The notes beneath the pieces were generated by a model that searched no databases, had not been told where the DNA came from, and saw only the letters and a list, made by a program, of their open reading frames with translations. A DNA stretch of 64,000 nucleotides, from positions 19,070 to 83,069 of the forward strand of contig CASFHP010000001.1 in NCBI GenBank assembly GCA_949294555.1. Direction: 5' to 3'. Both the position numbers and the translations under genes were made by a program. The stretch comes from an uncultured Eubacteriales bacterium. GTDB taxonomy: Bacteria > Bacillota > Clostridia > TANB77 > CAG-508. This document shows, piece after piece, positions 36,017-44,903 of this stretch; the stretch's first letter is position 1; the number at the start of each line of letters is the position of its first letter.

Positions 36017-37057
36017 ATGTCAAATGAAATTAAGTTATTAGATGATGATTTTATAAAAATTGTGAAAGCTATTGAACAAGATATATTAGAGACTAGATTT
36101 AACATCATAGCTAAAGCTAATAAAGAGGTCATAGATTTTTATTTGAGATTGGGAAAAATTATTAGTGATAATGCTAAATATGGTAATAATTTTATAAACA
36201 AATTATCAATAGCATTAAAATTAGATTTTCCTGGAGAAACAGGATTTTCTCCTCGTAATTTAGCAAGAATGAGAAAAGTTTATGAATCATATAAAGATTT
36301 AGATGAATTTCCAAAGGAATTAGAAATGATTTCGTGGTCTCAAAATTGTATATTAGTTGATAAAACTAAAGAGTTAGATAAAAGACTCTGGTATGCTAAA
36401 CAAGTTTTAGAAAATGGTTGGTCTAAAACTGTGTTAAGTCATCAAATTGATTTAGAATTATATGAAAGACAAGCTATTCCTGACAAGTTAACAAACTTTG
36501 ATAATAAACTACCTATTGCACAAAGTGAATTTGCTAGAGATATGATAAAAGACCCTTATATTTTTGAATTGGCTAATATAAGTAAAAAGGCAACAGAAAG
36601 AGACATTGAAAATGCTATGATAGAAAGAATAAAAAATGTATTACTTGAATTAGGAAAAGGTTTTAGCTTTGTTGGAAATCAATATAAAGTTTCAACAAAC
36701 AATAATGACTATTATATAGATTTATTATTTTATCATTTAGATTTAAGATGTTTTATAGTTGTCGAATTGAAAAATACTGAATTTAAGCCAGAGTTTATTG
36801 GACAACTAGGATTTTATGTAACAGCCGTTGACGAAACATTGAAGAAAGAAACTGATAATGACACAATAGGATTATTGCTTTGTGAAGATAAAGACAAATT
36901 AACTGTAGAATGGTCATTAAAAAATGTCAATGCTCCAATAGGAGTAGCTTCATATAAAGTAAAGAATGCAATTCCTAAAGAAATAATGGAAAAATTACCT
37001 ACTGAAGAAGAATTGAATTTGTATATAAATAGGTTACCAAATGAAGAAAATGAATAA
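36017..37057 (+). CDS. DUF1016/YhcG-family PD-(D/E)XK nuclease-like protein
   Basis: ..GFSPRNLARMRKVYESY..WSQNCILVDKTKELDKRLWYAKQVLENGWSKTVLSHQI..DPYIFE..GKGFSFVGNQYKV..DYYIDLLFYHLDLRCFIVVELK is the YhcG/DUF1016 pattern. Confidence 0.7.
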   Translation: MSNEIKLLDDDFIKIVKAIEQDILETRFNIIAKANKEVIDFYLRLGKIISDNAKYGNNFINKLSIALKLDFPGETGFSPRNLARMRKVYESYKDLDEFPKELEMISWSQNCILVDKTKELDKRLWYAKQVLENGWSKTVLSHQIDLELYERQAIPDKLTNFDNKLPIAQSEFARDMIKDPYIFELANISKKATERDIENAMIERIKNVLLELGKGFSFVGNQYKVSTNNNDYYIDLLFYHLDLRCFIVVELKNTEFKPEFIGQLGFYVTAVDETLKKETDNDTIGLLLCEDKDKLTVEWSLKNVNAPIGVASYKVKNAIPKEIMEKLPTEEELNLYINRLPNEENE

Positions 37058-37146
37058 GAAAATGATTGGTATTTTGAAATTTGCCACTGGTGGCAAATTT
37101 CATATATAAATATTATTACATATGGTTGTAGTATGAAGGAGTAATT

Positions 37147-38502
37147 ATGACCGAGATAGAAATGGATAAAATAGATATCACTAGAGAAAAAGCAAAAGAA
37201 TTTGTTGGTGCTGGAAATACAATTAAAGCAGAGGAAATATTAGAACAATTATGGACAAATTCTAGCAAGAAAGATGTATATTTATTATATGAATATGGAA
37301 ATGTACTTCGATCTAATAACAAGCAAATAGTATTTATAAATATTTGTAGAGAGTGTTATAAGAACAAAAGTATTATTAATAATACATACATTAAAAATTT
37401 ATTATGTTGGTGTATTTATGAAGTTTATATTAAAGATTTTGTAAAAGATGAAGATAGTGATTTTAATGAATTTATAAAAGAAGCAAATTTTATAAAAGAC
37501 AATATAATGCAATTACCTAAAGAACAAGAACATTATAATCCATATGTATTAACAATCTTTAAAGTGATTAGAGTTTATATGAAAAGTGCCAAAATTAACT
37601 ATAAGGAGATATTAAAGTGGCTTAATTGTCTAAATCCGAACGAATTACCAGAAGAAGTGTTTAAATTTCAAGATGTTAAAGGAAAAGAAAGAGAAAAAGC
37701 TTCAAAAAAAGAATTCTTTTATCAATACAAAACAAAAGCATTAGAAAAATTACATAGATATGAGGAATGTATAAATATATGCGAAGAAGCACTAAAAAGC
37801 ATTGAAAGATTTCATTATAGAAATGATGTATGGATTAAAGCAAGATTGTATTTTAGTAAATGCATGGAAGCTAATGATAATAACTTGGAATGTGAAATCA
37901 GAGAATATAAAAATCTAGCTTTAGAAGAAAATCATTGGTTTATGTATCATAAAATATCATCGATGTATTGGAGATATGGAAAAATGGAAGAAGCCTTGCT
38001 ATATGCAAACAAAGCATTAAGTTGTAATTTTAAATATGAAATGATGAATAGACTTTTGCAAGATATAGCACTTTTGTGGGAATATAAAGGAAATTTAGTT
38101 AATGCCAAAATCTATTATGAAGCAAGTGCTTATTATAGAAATAGAGAAGGATGGAAATTAACAGAAGAATTGGAATTTGCAATAAAAAATTATAATTTGA
38201 ATGTGAAAAATAAACCTAATGTCAAGTTACTACAAGAAATAGCTTCGAAGCATATTCAAAGTATTGAAGGAACTAAAAAAATTCACATAGGTAAAATATG
38301 TAATTTAGATAGAAATTTTGGCTTTATAAATTCACATGAATTTAAAGAAAATATATATTTTAAATTAAATGATATAAGGAATGATAAATTTTTAAGATTA
38401 AATAAAATAGTCGAATTTGAAATTATTGAAGCATCTAAAGGAAAACGAGCTATAAATATAGTAATTAGGGGGAATAAAAATGGCAGAAATATGTATCAAT
38501 GA
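37147..38502 (+). CDS. TPR-like helical-repeat protein with a C-terminal cold-shock (CSD/OB)-like domain (451 aa)
   Basis: Helical repeats (YEECINICEEALKS.., YGKMEEALLYANKALS.., KGNLVNAKIYYEASAYY). C-terminus IGKICNLDRNFGFINSHEFKENIYFKLNDI..VEFEIIEASKGKRAINI carries FGFI (RNP1-like) and IYFKL (RNP2-like) motifs. The stop overlaps the next gene by 23 nt. Confidence 0.55.
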   Translation: MTEIEMDKIDITREKAKEFVGAGNTIKAEEILEQLWTNSSKKDVYLLYEYGNVLRSNNKQIVFINICRECYKNKSIINNTYIKNLLCWCIYEVYIKDFVKDEDSDFNEFIKEANFIKDNIMQLPKEQEHYNPYVLTIFKVIRVYMKSAKINYKEILKWLNCLNPNELPEEVFKFQDVKGKEREKASKKEFFYQYKTKALEKLHRYEECINICEEALKSIERFHYRNDVWIKARLYFSKCMEANDNNLECEIREYKNLALEENHWFMYHKISSMYWRYGKMEEALLYANKALSCNFKYEMMNRLLQDIALLWEYKGNLVNAKIYYEASAYYRNREGWKLTEELEFAIKNYNLNVKNKPNVKLLQEIASKHIQSIEGTKKIHIGKICNLDRNFGFINSHEFKENIYFKLNDIRNDKFLRLNKIVEFEIIEASKGKRAINIVIRGNKNGRNMYQ

Positions 38503-39514
38503 AAAAGATATAAAATCACTTATCGAATCATATAAAAAGGAAAATAATACTTTTAACTTATACTCTTATTCTGAATTAAAGGGAAACAAAAGGGTGTGTA
38601 AATTTTTTATAAATAACCAAGAGTGTAGGATAGATATATGGATTAAAAAAAGTAGTGTAAAAGTGATTCCTACAAAAAATCCAAATTATGCAAATAAGTT
38701 AATAGAATTTATTACCAAAAACACTCAGAATGCGAATATCAGTGGAACACAAAGTGTTTTTCAATTTAGTAGGAGTATGCTAGATTATTTACTAAATAAG
38801 ATTGATGATGAATATTATGGTTTAATAACATATACAAGAAATGAAAATATAATTAGATTTAAAGGATATAATGGAGATATAGTAACATTTACCTATTATG
38901 AAAATAAAAACAAAGCAATGATTCAAGCTAAACCGTTAGTAACTTTTGGAATAATTGTTAATATCTTAACAGAAATAACGGATATATCTATTGATGAAAT
39001 AATAGATATAAATAAAGCACTAGCAAATGTTAATATGCCAACTGATAAGATTAGAGAGAAAATGAAAAATATATTGAAAAATTCATATACCTATTTAGAT
39101 GAAGCTATATTGAAATCAATCTCAGGATCAATGACTTTGTTGGAGCAAAATGATTATAGTGAAGATTATACTGGGCATATTACGGGAATTTTTAAAGCTC
39201 TAGAGGGATATTTAAAGAAAGTTTTAAGTAAAGAATTTAATTATAAAATTAAAAAGAAGCAAAGTTTTTCTATGTTCTATAAGGATAAAGGAAATAAAAG
39301 TGAAATAGATTTGGATAATAATTTGACACAAGATGAAAAAGATGCTTTAAACAGACTGTATTCAATTTATAGTGATAAAAGAAATGTTTATTTACATAGT
39401 ACAGTTGATCCATCTCAAATGAGAATAATTGAAAAAATAAGTGAAGCAAGAAATTTAGCAGATGAAATATTAAACAAAATTGAAAGTTCATATGATGTTT
39501 TTTTTAATAAATGA
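38480..39514 (+). CDS. RnlA/LsoA-like HEPN toxin (RNase LS-like), 344 aa
   Basis: Size and layout fit RnlA. It has two TBP-like N-terminal repeats (CRIDIWIKKSSVKVIP; IVTFTYYENKNKAMIQAKP). The C-terminal helical domain carries an Rx4H HEPN motif, R-NVYL-H, at codons 39380-39397. A small downstream gene occupies the rnlB position. Confidence 0.55.
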   Translation: MAEICINEKDIKSLIESYKKENNTFNLYSYSELKGNKRVCKFFINNQECRIDIWIKKSSVKVIPTKNPNYANKLIEFITKNTQNANISGTQSVFQFSRSMLDYLLNKIDDEYYGLITYTRNENIIRFKGYNGDIVTFTYYENKNKAMIQAKPLVTFGIIVNILTEITDISIDEIIDINKALANVNMPTDKIREKMKNILKNSYTYLDEAILKSISGSMTLLEQNDYSEDYTGHITGIFKALEGYLKKVLSKEFNYKIKKKQSFSMFYKDKGNKSEIDLDNNLTQDEKDALNRLYSIYSDKRNVYLHSTVDPSQMRIIEKISEARNLADEILNKIESSYDVFFNK

Positions 39515-39524
39515 GGAGATTAAA

Positions 39525-39872
39525 ATGGGAGAATATGAGATATTTGAATTTGAAGAAGATATTAATGAAAAAGTGGTATTTTTAAATACCACTGAAGATT
39601 TATATTTTTTACAAGATGAAATAATGGAAAAGGTATCTAGTAAAAATAAAACTGTATTGGTAGATTTATTTTTAAGAAATGGATTCACCTTTAATAGATA
39701 TGTACTGTTAAAAATGGATTCAAATAATAAATTTAAAAGCTTTATTATAAATCCAAGAGAAGTTTCAGAAAAAATAAAAAAGAAAGTTGAAAATTATTTA
39801 AAAGAGCATAATGAATTATTATATTCAAGTTCCCTTACTCAAAATGAAATTGAATTTATTATTAATAGATAA
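39525..39872 (+). CDS. RnlB-like antitoxin candidate (115 aa)
   Basis: RBS GAGGAG. Lies immediately downstream of the RnlA-like gene. VLVDLFLRNGFTFNRYV resembles, from memory, the RnlB-family core. Confidence 0.45.
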   Translation: MGEYEIFEFEEDINEKVVFLNTTEDLYFLQDEIMEKVSSKNKTVLVDLFLRNGFTFNRYVLLKMDSNNKFKSFIINPREVSEKIKKKVENYLKEHNELLYSSSLTQNEIEFIINR

Positions 39873-40502
39873 AAATATTTATTAAAATTATAAAGTATAT
39901 AGTTGCAATTTATAAAAAGTTATGTTAAATTAAAAACATAGTAATAGACAAAAAAATGCCAATGTGGGTATACATGTCCTTGAAACTATTGCTATAACTA
40001 ATTTTGAAACGGATAATAAGGTGCTTCTATGCGTGACGTTTTTCGAATACGTCCTTCGCTAAGGCACCATAAAATACAAGTTTAACTTGTATTTTATTTT
40101 ACAAGCAATAACGAACAAATGTTTAAAAGAAGAGATTATGCATTTTAATACTAATAAAGAAAAAGGAAATTCTGGATTAGGAATGGCAATAGCATATTTA
40201 AAATTTTATTATGTTGAAATTTTACAAAGATATGAATTATTAATAATCATAAAAATTTGATAATCTTTTATAAATATAATTGATAATATATGAAAGAGAG
40301 AATAAAATTAGTGATAGATGAAAAATTAACATATATCGATAAAAATACATTAGAAAATTATTACCTTACTTTAAAATTTTACTTTGTTCGCTTGTTTTTA
40401 ATTGTAAAATATTGTATAGTAGATAACATAGAAAATGAGATAGTAGATATGTGTTGCCACTTTACTAGATAGCATTTGCTATCAGAAAGTGAGGTGGTGT
40501 TT

Positions 40503-40616
40503 ATGAGTTTTATATTATTTTTAATAATTACTGTAATGGTATCATTAACCATAAACGTAGCCTTATTAGCGATTATATACATACAATATGTAAATACAAT
40601 TATAGATAAGGAATAA
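40503..40616 (+). CDS. 37-aa hydrophobic peptide, type I toxin-like
   Basis: Not in the ORF track. RBS GAGGTGG lies 6 nt upstream of ATG 40503. Encodes MSFILFLIITVMVSLTINVALLAIIYIQYVNTIIDKE (one TM helix plus a polar tail). Followed by a terminator hairpin at 40621-40661. Confidence 0.45.
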   Translation: MSFILFLIITVMVSLTINVALLAIIYIQYVNTIIDKE

Positions 40617-40712
40617 AAATAACGGCACATTCTACTTTTTGACCGAAGGGAATGTGTCGTTATTACTTGTATAAGTGGTAACCACAAACATCTGTGGTTC
40701 TCATTTTCTATC
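40617..40712 (-). ncRNA. candidate convergent antisense sRNA with its own promoter and terminator
   Basis: Minus-strand TTGACA (40739-40744) - 17 nt - TATAAT (40716-40721). Transcript would contain hairpin AACCACA/TGTGGTT and terminator hairpin AACGACACATT..AATGTGCCGTT plus ATTTTTATT. A homologous unit lies at 54155-54276. Confidence 0.4.
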
Positions 40713-40827
40713 TTTATTATACATACTTTATTATAAAATGTCAAATAATTTTATTTCAAAATATTGTTAAATCACACCTCCTATGATAAAACTGATTATA
40801 TAAAATATAATAAGGAGAATAATTTAT

Positions 40828-41691
40828 ATGGAAGAAAAGAAAGTAATAAAATTAAAATTGAATATTATAATAGCTATAATATTAGTTGCTTTAATAATTG
40901 TTGGAATGATACTATTTTGGATATTTTGGAAAAAAAAAGAAATCCCAATATCAAATAGTGAAATAAAGAAGATTGCAAATGACTATCAATATGAAATAGA
41001 GGATGAACAATTAAAAAAATTTTATAATGATTTGTTAGGAGAAGGAACGTTAATTGTCTCAAAAGAAAGTGCTAGTACATTAGATGAGGCTAAAAATCTT
41101 TCACTTGAATATAAAGACAAATTGAATGAAGGAATATCTAATGAGCTAAATACAAGTAGTTACGAATCTTATACAGAATTTGAATATATTGACTTGATAG
41201 AAACAACATACTATTATAAATATATAGGAGAATATACATATAAATATAGAAGAACAAGCACTCTTATAGAAGATCATTCGCAAAAATATACATTTTTAGT
41301 TTTTAAATCAGATTATTTTGATTTTCCTTATTTGAAAAAATATAGTGATTCATATGAAATAAAAGAGTTTGGAGATATTTTGGCAGTTATAAATTATGGA
41401 AATAAAAAGATTATAAAATCGGAAGTAGAAGATAATGGGGAAAGTTTTACTTATAATTTATATTATATTTCAAAATCATATAGTGGACCTAAGCCAGATA
41501 GCTCAGGACTAGCTCCAGCTGTTATAACAGGAGAACATTATTCTTTAGAAAGAGCTAGCTTTACAATAGATAAATCAACAGGAAAGTCAGATTTATCCAT
41601 TAAACAAAGTTCTTATCAAGGATATCTGGACTATAAAAATTCCTATTACCCTTATATGAATATTGAAATTATAGAAGCCTTTAGTGAGTGA
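40828..41691 (+). CDS. hypothetical membrane-anchored protein (287 aa)
   Basis: RBS AAGGAGAA. N-terminal TM helix (IIIAIILVALIIVGMILFWIFW). No motif recognised. Confidence 0.55.
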   Translation: MEEKKVIKLKLNIIIAIILVALIIVGMILFWIFWKKKEIPISNSEIKKIANDYQYEIEDEQLKKFYNDLLGEGTLIVSKESASTLDEAKNLSLEYKDKLNEGISNELNTSSYESYTEFEYIDLIETTYYYKYIGEYTYKYRRTSTLIEDHSQKYTFLVFKSDYFDFPYLKKYSDSYEIKEFGDILAVINYGNKKIIKSEVEDNGESFTYNLYYISKSYSGPKPDSSGLAPAVITGEHYSLERASFTIDKSTGKSDLSIKQSSYQGYLDYKNSYYPYMNIEIIEAFSE

Positions 41692-41843
41692 GGACAAGTA
41701 AATCATAAAATTTTTATTTTTGAGGTAAAAACATCAATAGAATTAGGTGAAGTTGAATTTGGAATATTTATAAATTCTAATAAATTTAAAGAGTGGAACG
41801 ATTTGATAAAGCTTATAAAAGAATATTTTAAAAAATAAAAAAG

Positions 41844-41880
41844 ACACTACATTTAGCTTTGATAAGCAATGTAGTGTTTT
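41844..41880. terminator. bidirectional terminator between convergent genes
   Basis: ACACTACATT (41844-41853) pairs with AATGTAGTGT (41868-41877), with an A-run upstream and a T-run downstream. Confidence 0.7.
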
Positions 41881-41895
41881 AATGTAATCTAATGT

Positions 41896-42885
41896 TTATA
41901 TTTTTTTTATATTTAAAGCAACTGCATATACATAGTATTTATCCCATAGATAAATATTATAAATATCATAGTTCTCAATATTGCTATAGTCAATAATATA
42001 TTGCTTCAAGCCTTTTATCATTTCACAAGCATTTGCTAGATTTGTTTTTTTCCTTTGGATGATATCATCAAATAAAATTATAATTGCCATAATTGCTAAA
42101 ATAAAGGAAATAGTTATTGCAATTGGTGCCCACATAAGAAATAGAGTATTTAGAAAAAATGAAGTTATGACAATAGAAGTAAGATAGGAACTACCACCTA
42201 GTATAGAAGATTTTATAAATGTTATTGCTATAATAAATAAGAAGAACGCTAGAATACTTTCAAAAAATATAGGTAATATTAGATTAGTAGTTGTAGAAAT
42301 TCCTTCCATATCTATTAGTAAGGCAAAGATTGCGATAAGAAATAAAATATAACATAATGCAATGTTTTTAGTATTAGTACTTTTAGTAATTTTCTTTATT
42401 TCTTGCTTGTTATCAAAATATTCTCTTATTTCGCTATTAAAACCTCTTTTTATTCTTCCATATTGTCCCCAAATTTTTTCTGTTTTCATTATTTTTTTGA
42501 ATTGATTTAAGCTTTGACTATAACCAACTTCTAAAAATTGACTATTAAAAAATATTTGTAATGCTTTTCCTTCAAGTGCGGTAGCCTTAATTTTTTTGAT
42601 TATAGTAAATATATAATCTGTTTCACTTTTATTCTTTTCTACTCTTATATATCCTTGACGTGCAAAATCTAATGCTGTGGCAATGAAATGTTCTTCCTTG
42701 ATTGTTTTATTATTTAAAAAACCAACTACTATTGTAGGGTATTTTACATTTTCGAAATCTCTAAAATATTGCAAAGTATATTCTGGTTTTTCTATTCCAG
42801 AGTATTTTACAATTAAATAGATAAAGTATATTAGTAAAAATACAATTATACCATAAATTATAAGCATTTTCATCACCGAAATCAT
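41896..42885 (-). CDS. multi-pass membrane protein, DUF2207 C-terminal-like
   Basis: N-terminal TM. ..YPTIVVGFLNNKTIKEEHFIATALDFARQGYIRVE.. and a C-terminal TM cluster ending ..YLWDKYYVYAVALN resemble the DUF2207 C-terminal region. Confidence 0.45.
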   Translation of the reverse strand: MISVMKMLIIYGIIVFLLIYFIYLIVKYSGIEKPEYTLQYFRDFENVKYPTIVVGFLNNKTIKEEHFIATALDFARQGYIRVEKNKSETDYIFTIIKKIKATALEGKALQIFFNSQFLEVGYSQSLNQFKKIMKTEKIWGQYGRIKRGFNSEIREYFDNKQEIKKITKSTNTKNIALCYILFLIAIFALLIDMEGISTTTNLILPIFFESILAFFLFIIAITFIKSSILGGSSYLTSIVITSFFLNTLFLMWAPIAITISFILAIMAIIILFDDIIQRKKTNLANACEMIKGLKQYIIDYSNIENYDIYNIYLWDKYYVYAVALNIKKI

Positions 42886-42941
42886 TTTACCATAGGTTGA
42901 TTATTTTTTCAATTTATATTAGAATATATTTGGTGATTTAG

Positions 42942-43277
42942 ATGATATTAGTTATTTTATATGTTATATGTTTATGGATTGAAATAAAATCATTAAGAAG
43001 AAAAAAAATAAATATTTTCTATAAAGAAAATCTATTATTGGTATTAATGACTTCTGTAAGATTTCCTTTAGCAGTACTTACATTATTCTTTGGATGTAAT
43101 GCAATTAAAGATTTCTATAAAGATGACATTGCTGCTGTGGGGTACTTTTTTACTTTTGCATTTGGGGCGTTGGCGTATATTTTTCTTTATATTAAAAAAC
43201 AAATCTATACGTTTATTCCGGATAAAAATAAATTAAGTTTTTTAGGAATTGGAACTATATATGATAGAGAAGACTAA
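42942..43277 (+). CDS. hypothetical small membrane protein (111 aa)
   Basis: Three predicted TM helices. No motif recognised. Confidence 0.4.
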   Translation: MILVILYVICLWIEIKSLRRKKINIFYKENLLLVLMTSVRFPLAVLTLFFGCNAIKDFYKDDIAAVGYFFTFAFGALAYIFLYIKKQIYTFIPDKNKLSFLGIGTIYDRED

Positions 43278-43326
43278 TAAGAAAATATAGTATAATCATT
43301 TTAAATAACCATTAAGAGGTGCAAAA

Positions 43327-44064
43327 ATGAGAAGAAAAAATAGTAAAAAACAAATGAAACAATTTTTAGGAATTATCATTGTTATAATTTGCTTAGCAAT
43401 TGGTGCTGTGTATGGAAATGATTTTTTAGAAGTAGCAAATGAAACAAATCAGGTATCTGCAAATCAAACAAGTACATATGTGAATTTAGCAGATATTCCA
43501 GAATATACGGATGAAATCTATGTTGAAATTAACAACAATATACCATATTTTGAAGAAAGTGAGTATACAACAGAAAGCTTTGAGAATTATAGTGAATTAG
43601 ATAGCTTGGGAAGATGTGGGGTAGCATATGCGAATATTTGTAAAGAAACCATGCCAGCTGATGGAGACGAAAGAGAAAGTATTAGCAGTATGAAGCCAAC
43701 TGGCTGGGTGCAAGCACAGTATGATGGCGAATATCTATATAATAGATGTCATTTAATAGGCTACCAATTGTCAAATGAAAATGCAAATGAATTAAATTTA
43801 ATTACAGGTACAAGGTATTTTAATGTAGAAGGTATGTTGCCATTTGAAAATATGGTGGCAGATTATATTGATGAAAATTCCAATAACCATGTACTTTATA
43901 GAGTGACACCAGTATTCCAAAATGACAATCTTTTAGCAAGTGGTGTCGAAATAGAAGCATATTCTGTAGAAGATAATGGACAAGGAATTTGCTTTAATGT
44001 ATTTGTATATAATGTACAACCAGGAATTACCATAGATTATAAAACTGGAGAAAGTTCCAAATAA
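43327..44064 (+). CDS. membrane-anchored/secreted DNA/RNA non-specific endonuclease (Endonuclease_NS_2, NucA/YncB-like)
   Basis: N-terminal anchor, then ..LDSLGRCGVAYANI..KPTGWVQ..YLYNRCHLIGYQLSNENANELNLITGTRYFNVEGMLPFENMVADYI..VLYRVTPVF... Confidence 0.75.
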   Translation: MRRKNSKKQMKQFLGIIIVIICLAIGAVYGNDFLEVANETNQVSANQTSTYVNLADIPEYTDEIYVEINNNIPYFEESEYTTESFENYSELDSLGRCGVAYANICKETMPADGDERESISSMKPTGWVQAQYDGEYLYNRCHLIGYQLSNENANELNLITGTRYFNVEGMLPFENMVADYIDENSNNHVLYRVTPVFQNDNLLASGVEIEAYSVEDNGQGICFNVFVYNVQPGITIDYKTGESSK

Positions 44065-44138
44065 AGAAATTTTAATTTGTATTATAACAGGGTTAGCCAT
44101 GGTTTGCGAACTTTTTATAATATGAATTAAAAAAATGA

Positions 44139-44167
44139 TTGACATAAATCGTTTTATCATATATAAT
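44139..44167 (+). promoter_or_regulatory. consensus sigma-A promoter (TTGACA-17-TATAAT)
   Basis: TTGACA at 44139-44144 and TATAAT at 44162-44167, about 90 nt upstream of the 44257 start. Confidence 0.6.
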
Positions 44168-44256
44168 GGTCCTAGTTTTATTCGTTTTGTTACAATTCTT
44201 AGTAACAAGTATTTCCCATAATAAACAAAAAATAAAATTAGGAAGGATGATGTTTA

Positions 44257-44847
44257 TTGAATTTAGACTTTTTTAATGATTTATTCAACAAAGTAAAAGA
44301 AAGTGACTTTGCACAAAAATTTACGGAGGAATTATCAAATTATTTAGAAAAAGCAAATGAGGAAGGGAGAGGACAGTTAGAGGTGCAAGAAAATAACAAA
44401 AATTTAGATACATATAGAGAAGAAAATGCACTGTATCAAGTAGTAGATTTTAGCTCCAAGGGTGTTTTTTTGCAAAATACAAATACGGGTGTGACTTTTG
44501 AAGAAACAGATATATCACAAGACATTTTAGACAAAATAGGAAATGATTATATTTTACGATATACAGATGGAAAATATGTCGTTGAGCAAGAATTAACAGA
44601 AGATTTTATGAATAGCATGGTAGGAATACAAGAATATAGAAAGATAAAAGAGCAATTTGAAAAAGAAAGCAACATATTACATATTGATGCAAATACAAGG
44701 TTTAATGTTTTATCACGAGATAATGACTATACAATGTTAAGTTATGGAGAAAAAGATACACTAAAAGTACCAAATGCATTAGTACCATTTTTTGCAAATG
44801 AACAATCTATTTTGTGTTATAAAAATGGAAAATTTGAAAAAGTTTAA
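44257..44847 (+). CDS. hypothetical acidic cytoplasmic protein (196 aa), TTG start
   Basis: RBS GGAAGGA lies 9 nt upstream of TTG 44257. No motif recognised. Confidence 0.5.
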   Translation: MNLDFFNDLFNKVKESDFAQKFTEELSNYLEKANEEGRGQLEVQENNKNLDTYREENALYQVVDFSSKGVFLQNTNTGVTFEETDISQDILDKIGNDYILRYTDGKYVVEQELTEDFMNSMVGIQEYRKIKEQFEKESNILHIDANTRFNVLSRDNDYTMLSYGEKDTLKVPNALVPFFANEQSILCYKNGKFEKV

Positions 44848-44863
44848 AAAAGAGATTAAAATT

Positions 44864-44903
44864 GTAACAGGAGGTGAACAAAACCATGTTCACCTCCTGT
44901 TAC
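44864..44903. terminator. perfect 16-bp hairpin, bidirectional terminator
   Basis: GTAACAGGAGGTGAAC-AAAACCAT-GTTCACCTCCTGTTAC. Sits between convergent genes and marks the left edge of the GC-rich cassette. Confidence 0.75.

Noticed and set aside
40290-40744. ORFs 40290..40472 (+) and 40379..40744 (-)
   Set aside because: Both lack an RBS and run across the promoter, leader, terminator and sRNA signals of the type I TA-like module. The short RBS-preceded 37-codon ORF explains the locus better.
41700-41840. ~45-codon reading frame without a start codon (..IELGEVEFGIFINSNKFKEWNDLIKLIKEYFKK)
   Set aside because: It has no start codon or RBS and stop codons immediately upstream. It may be a gene remnant, but there is too little to call.
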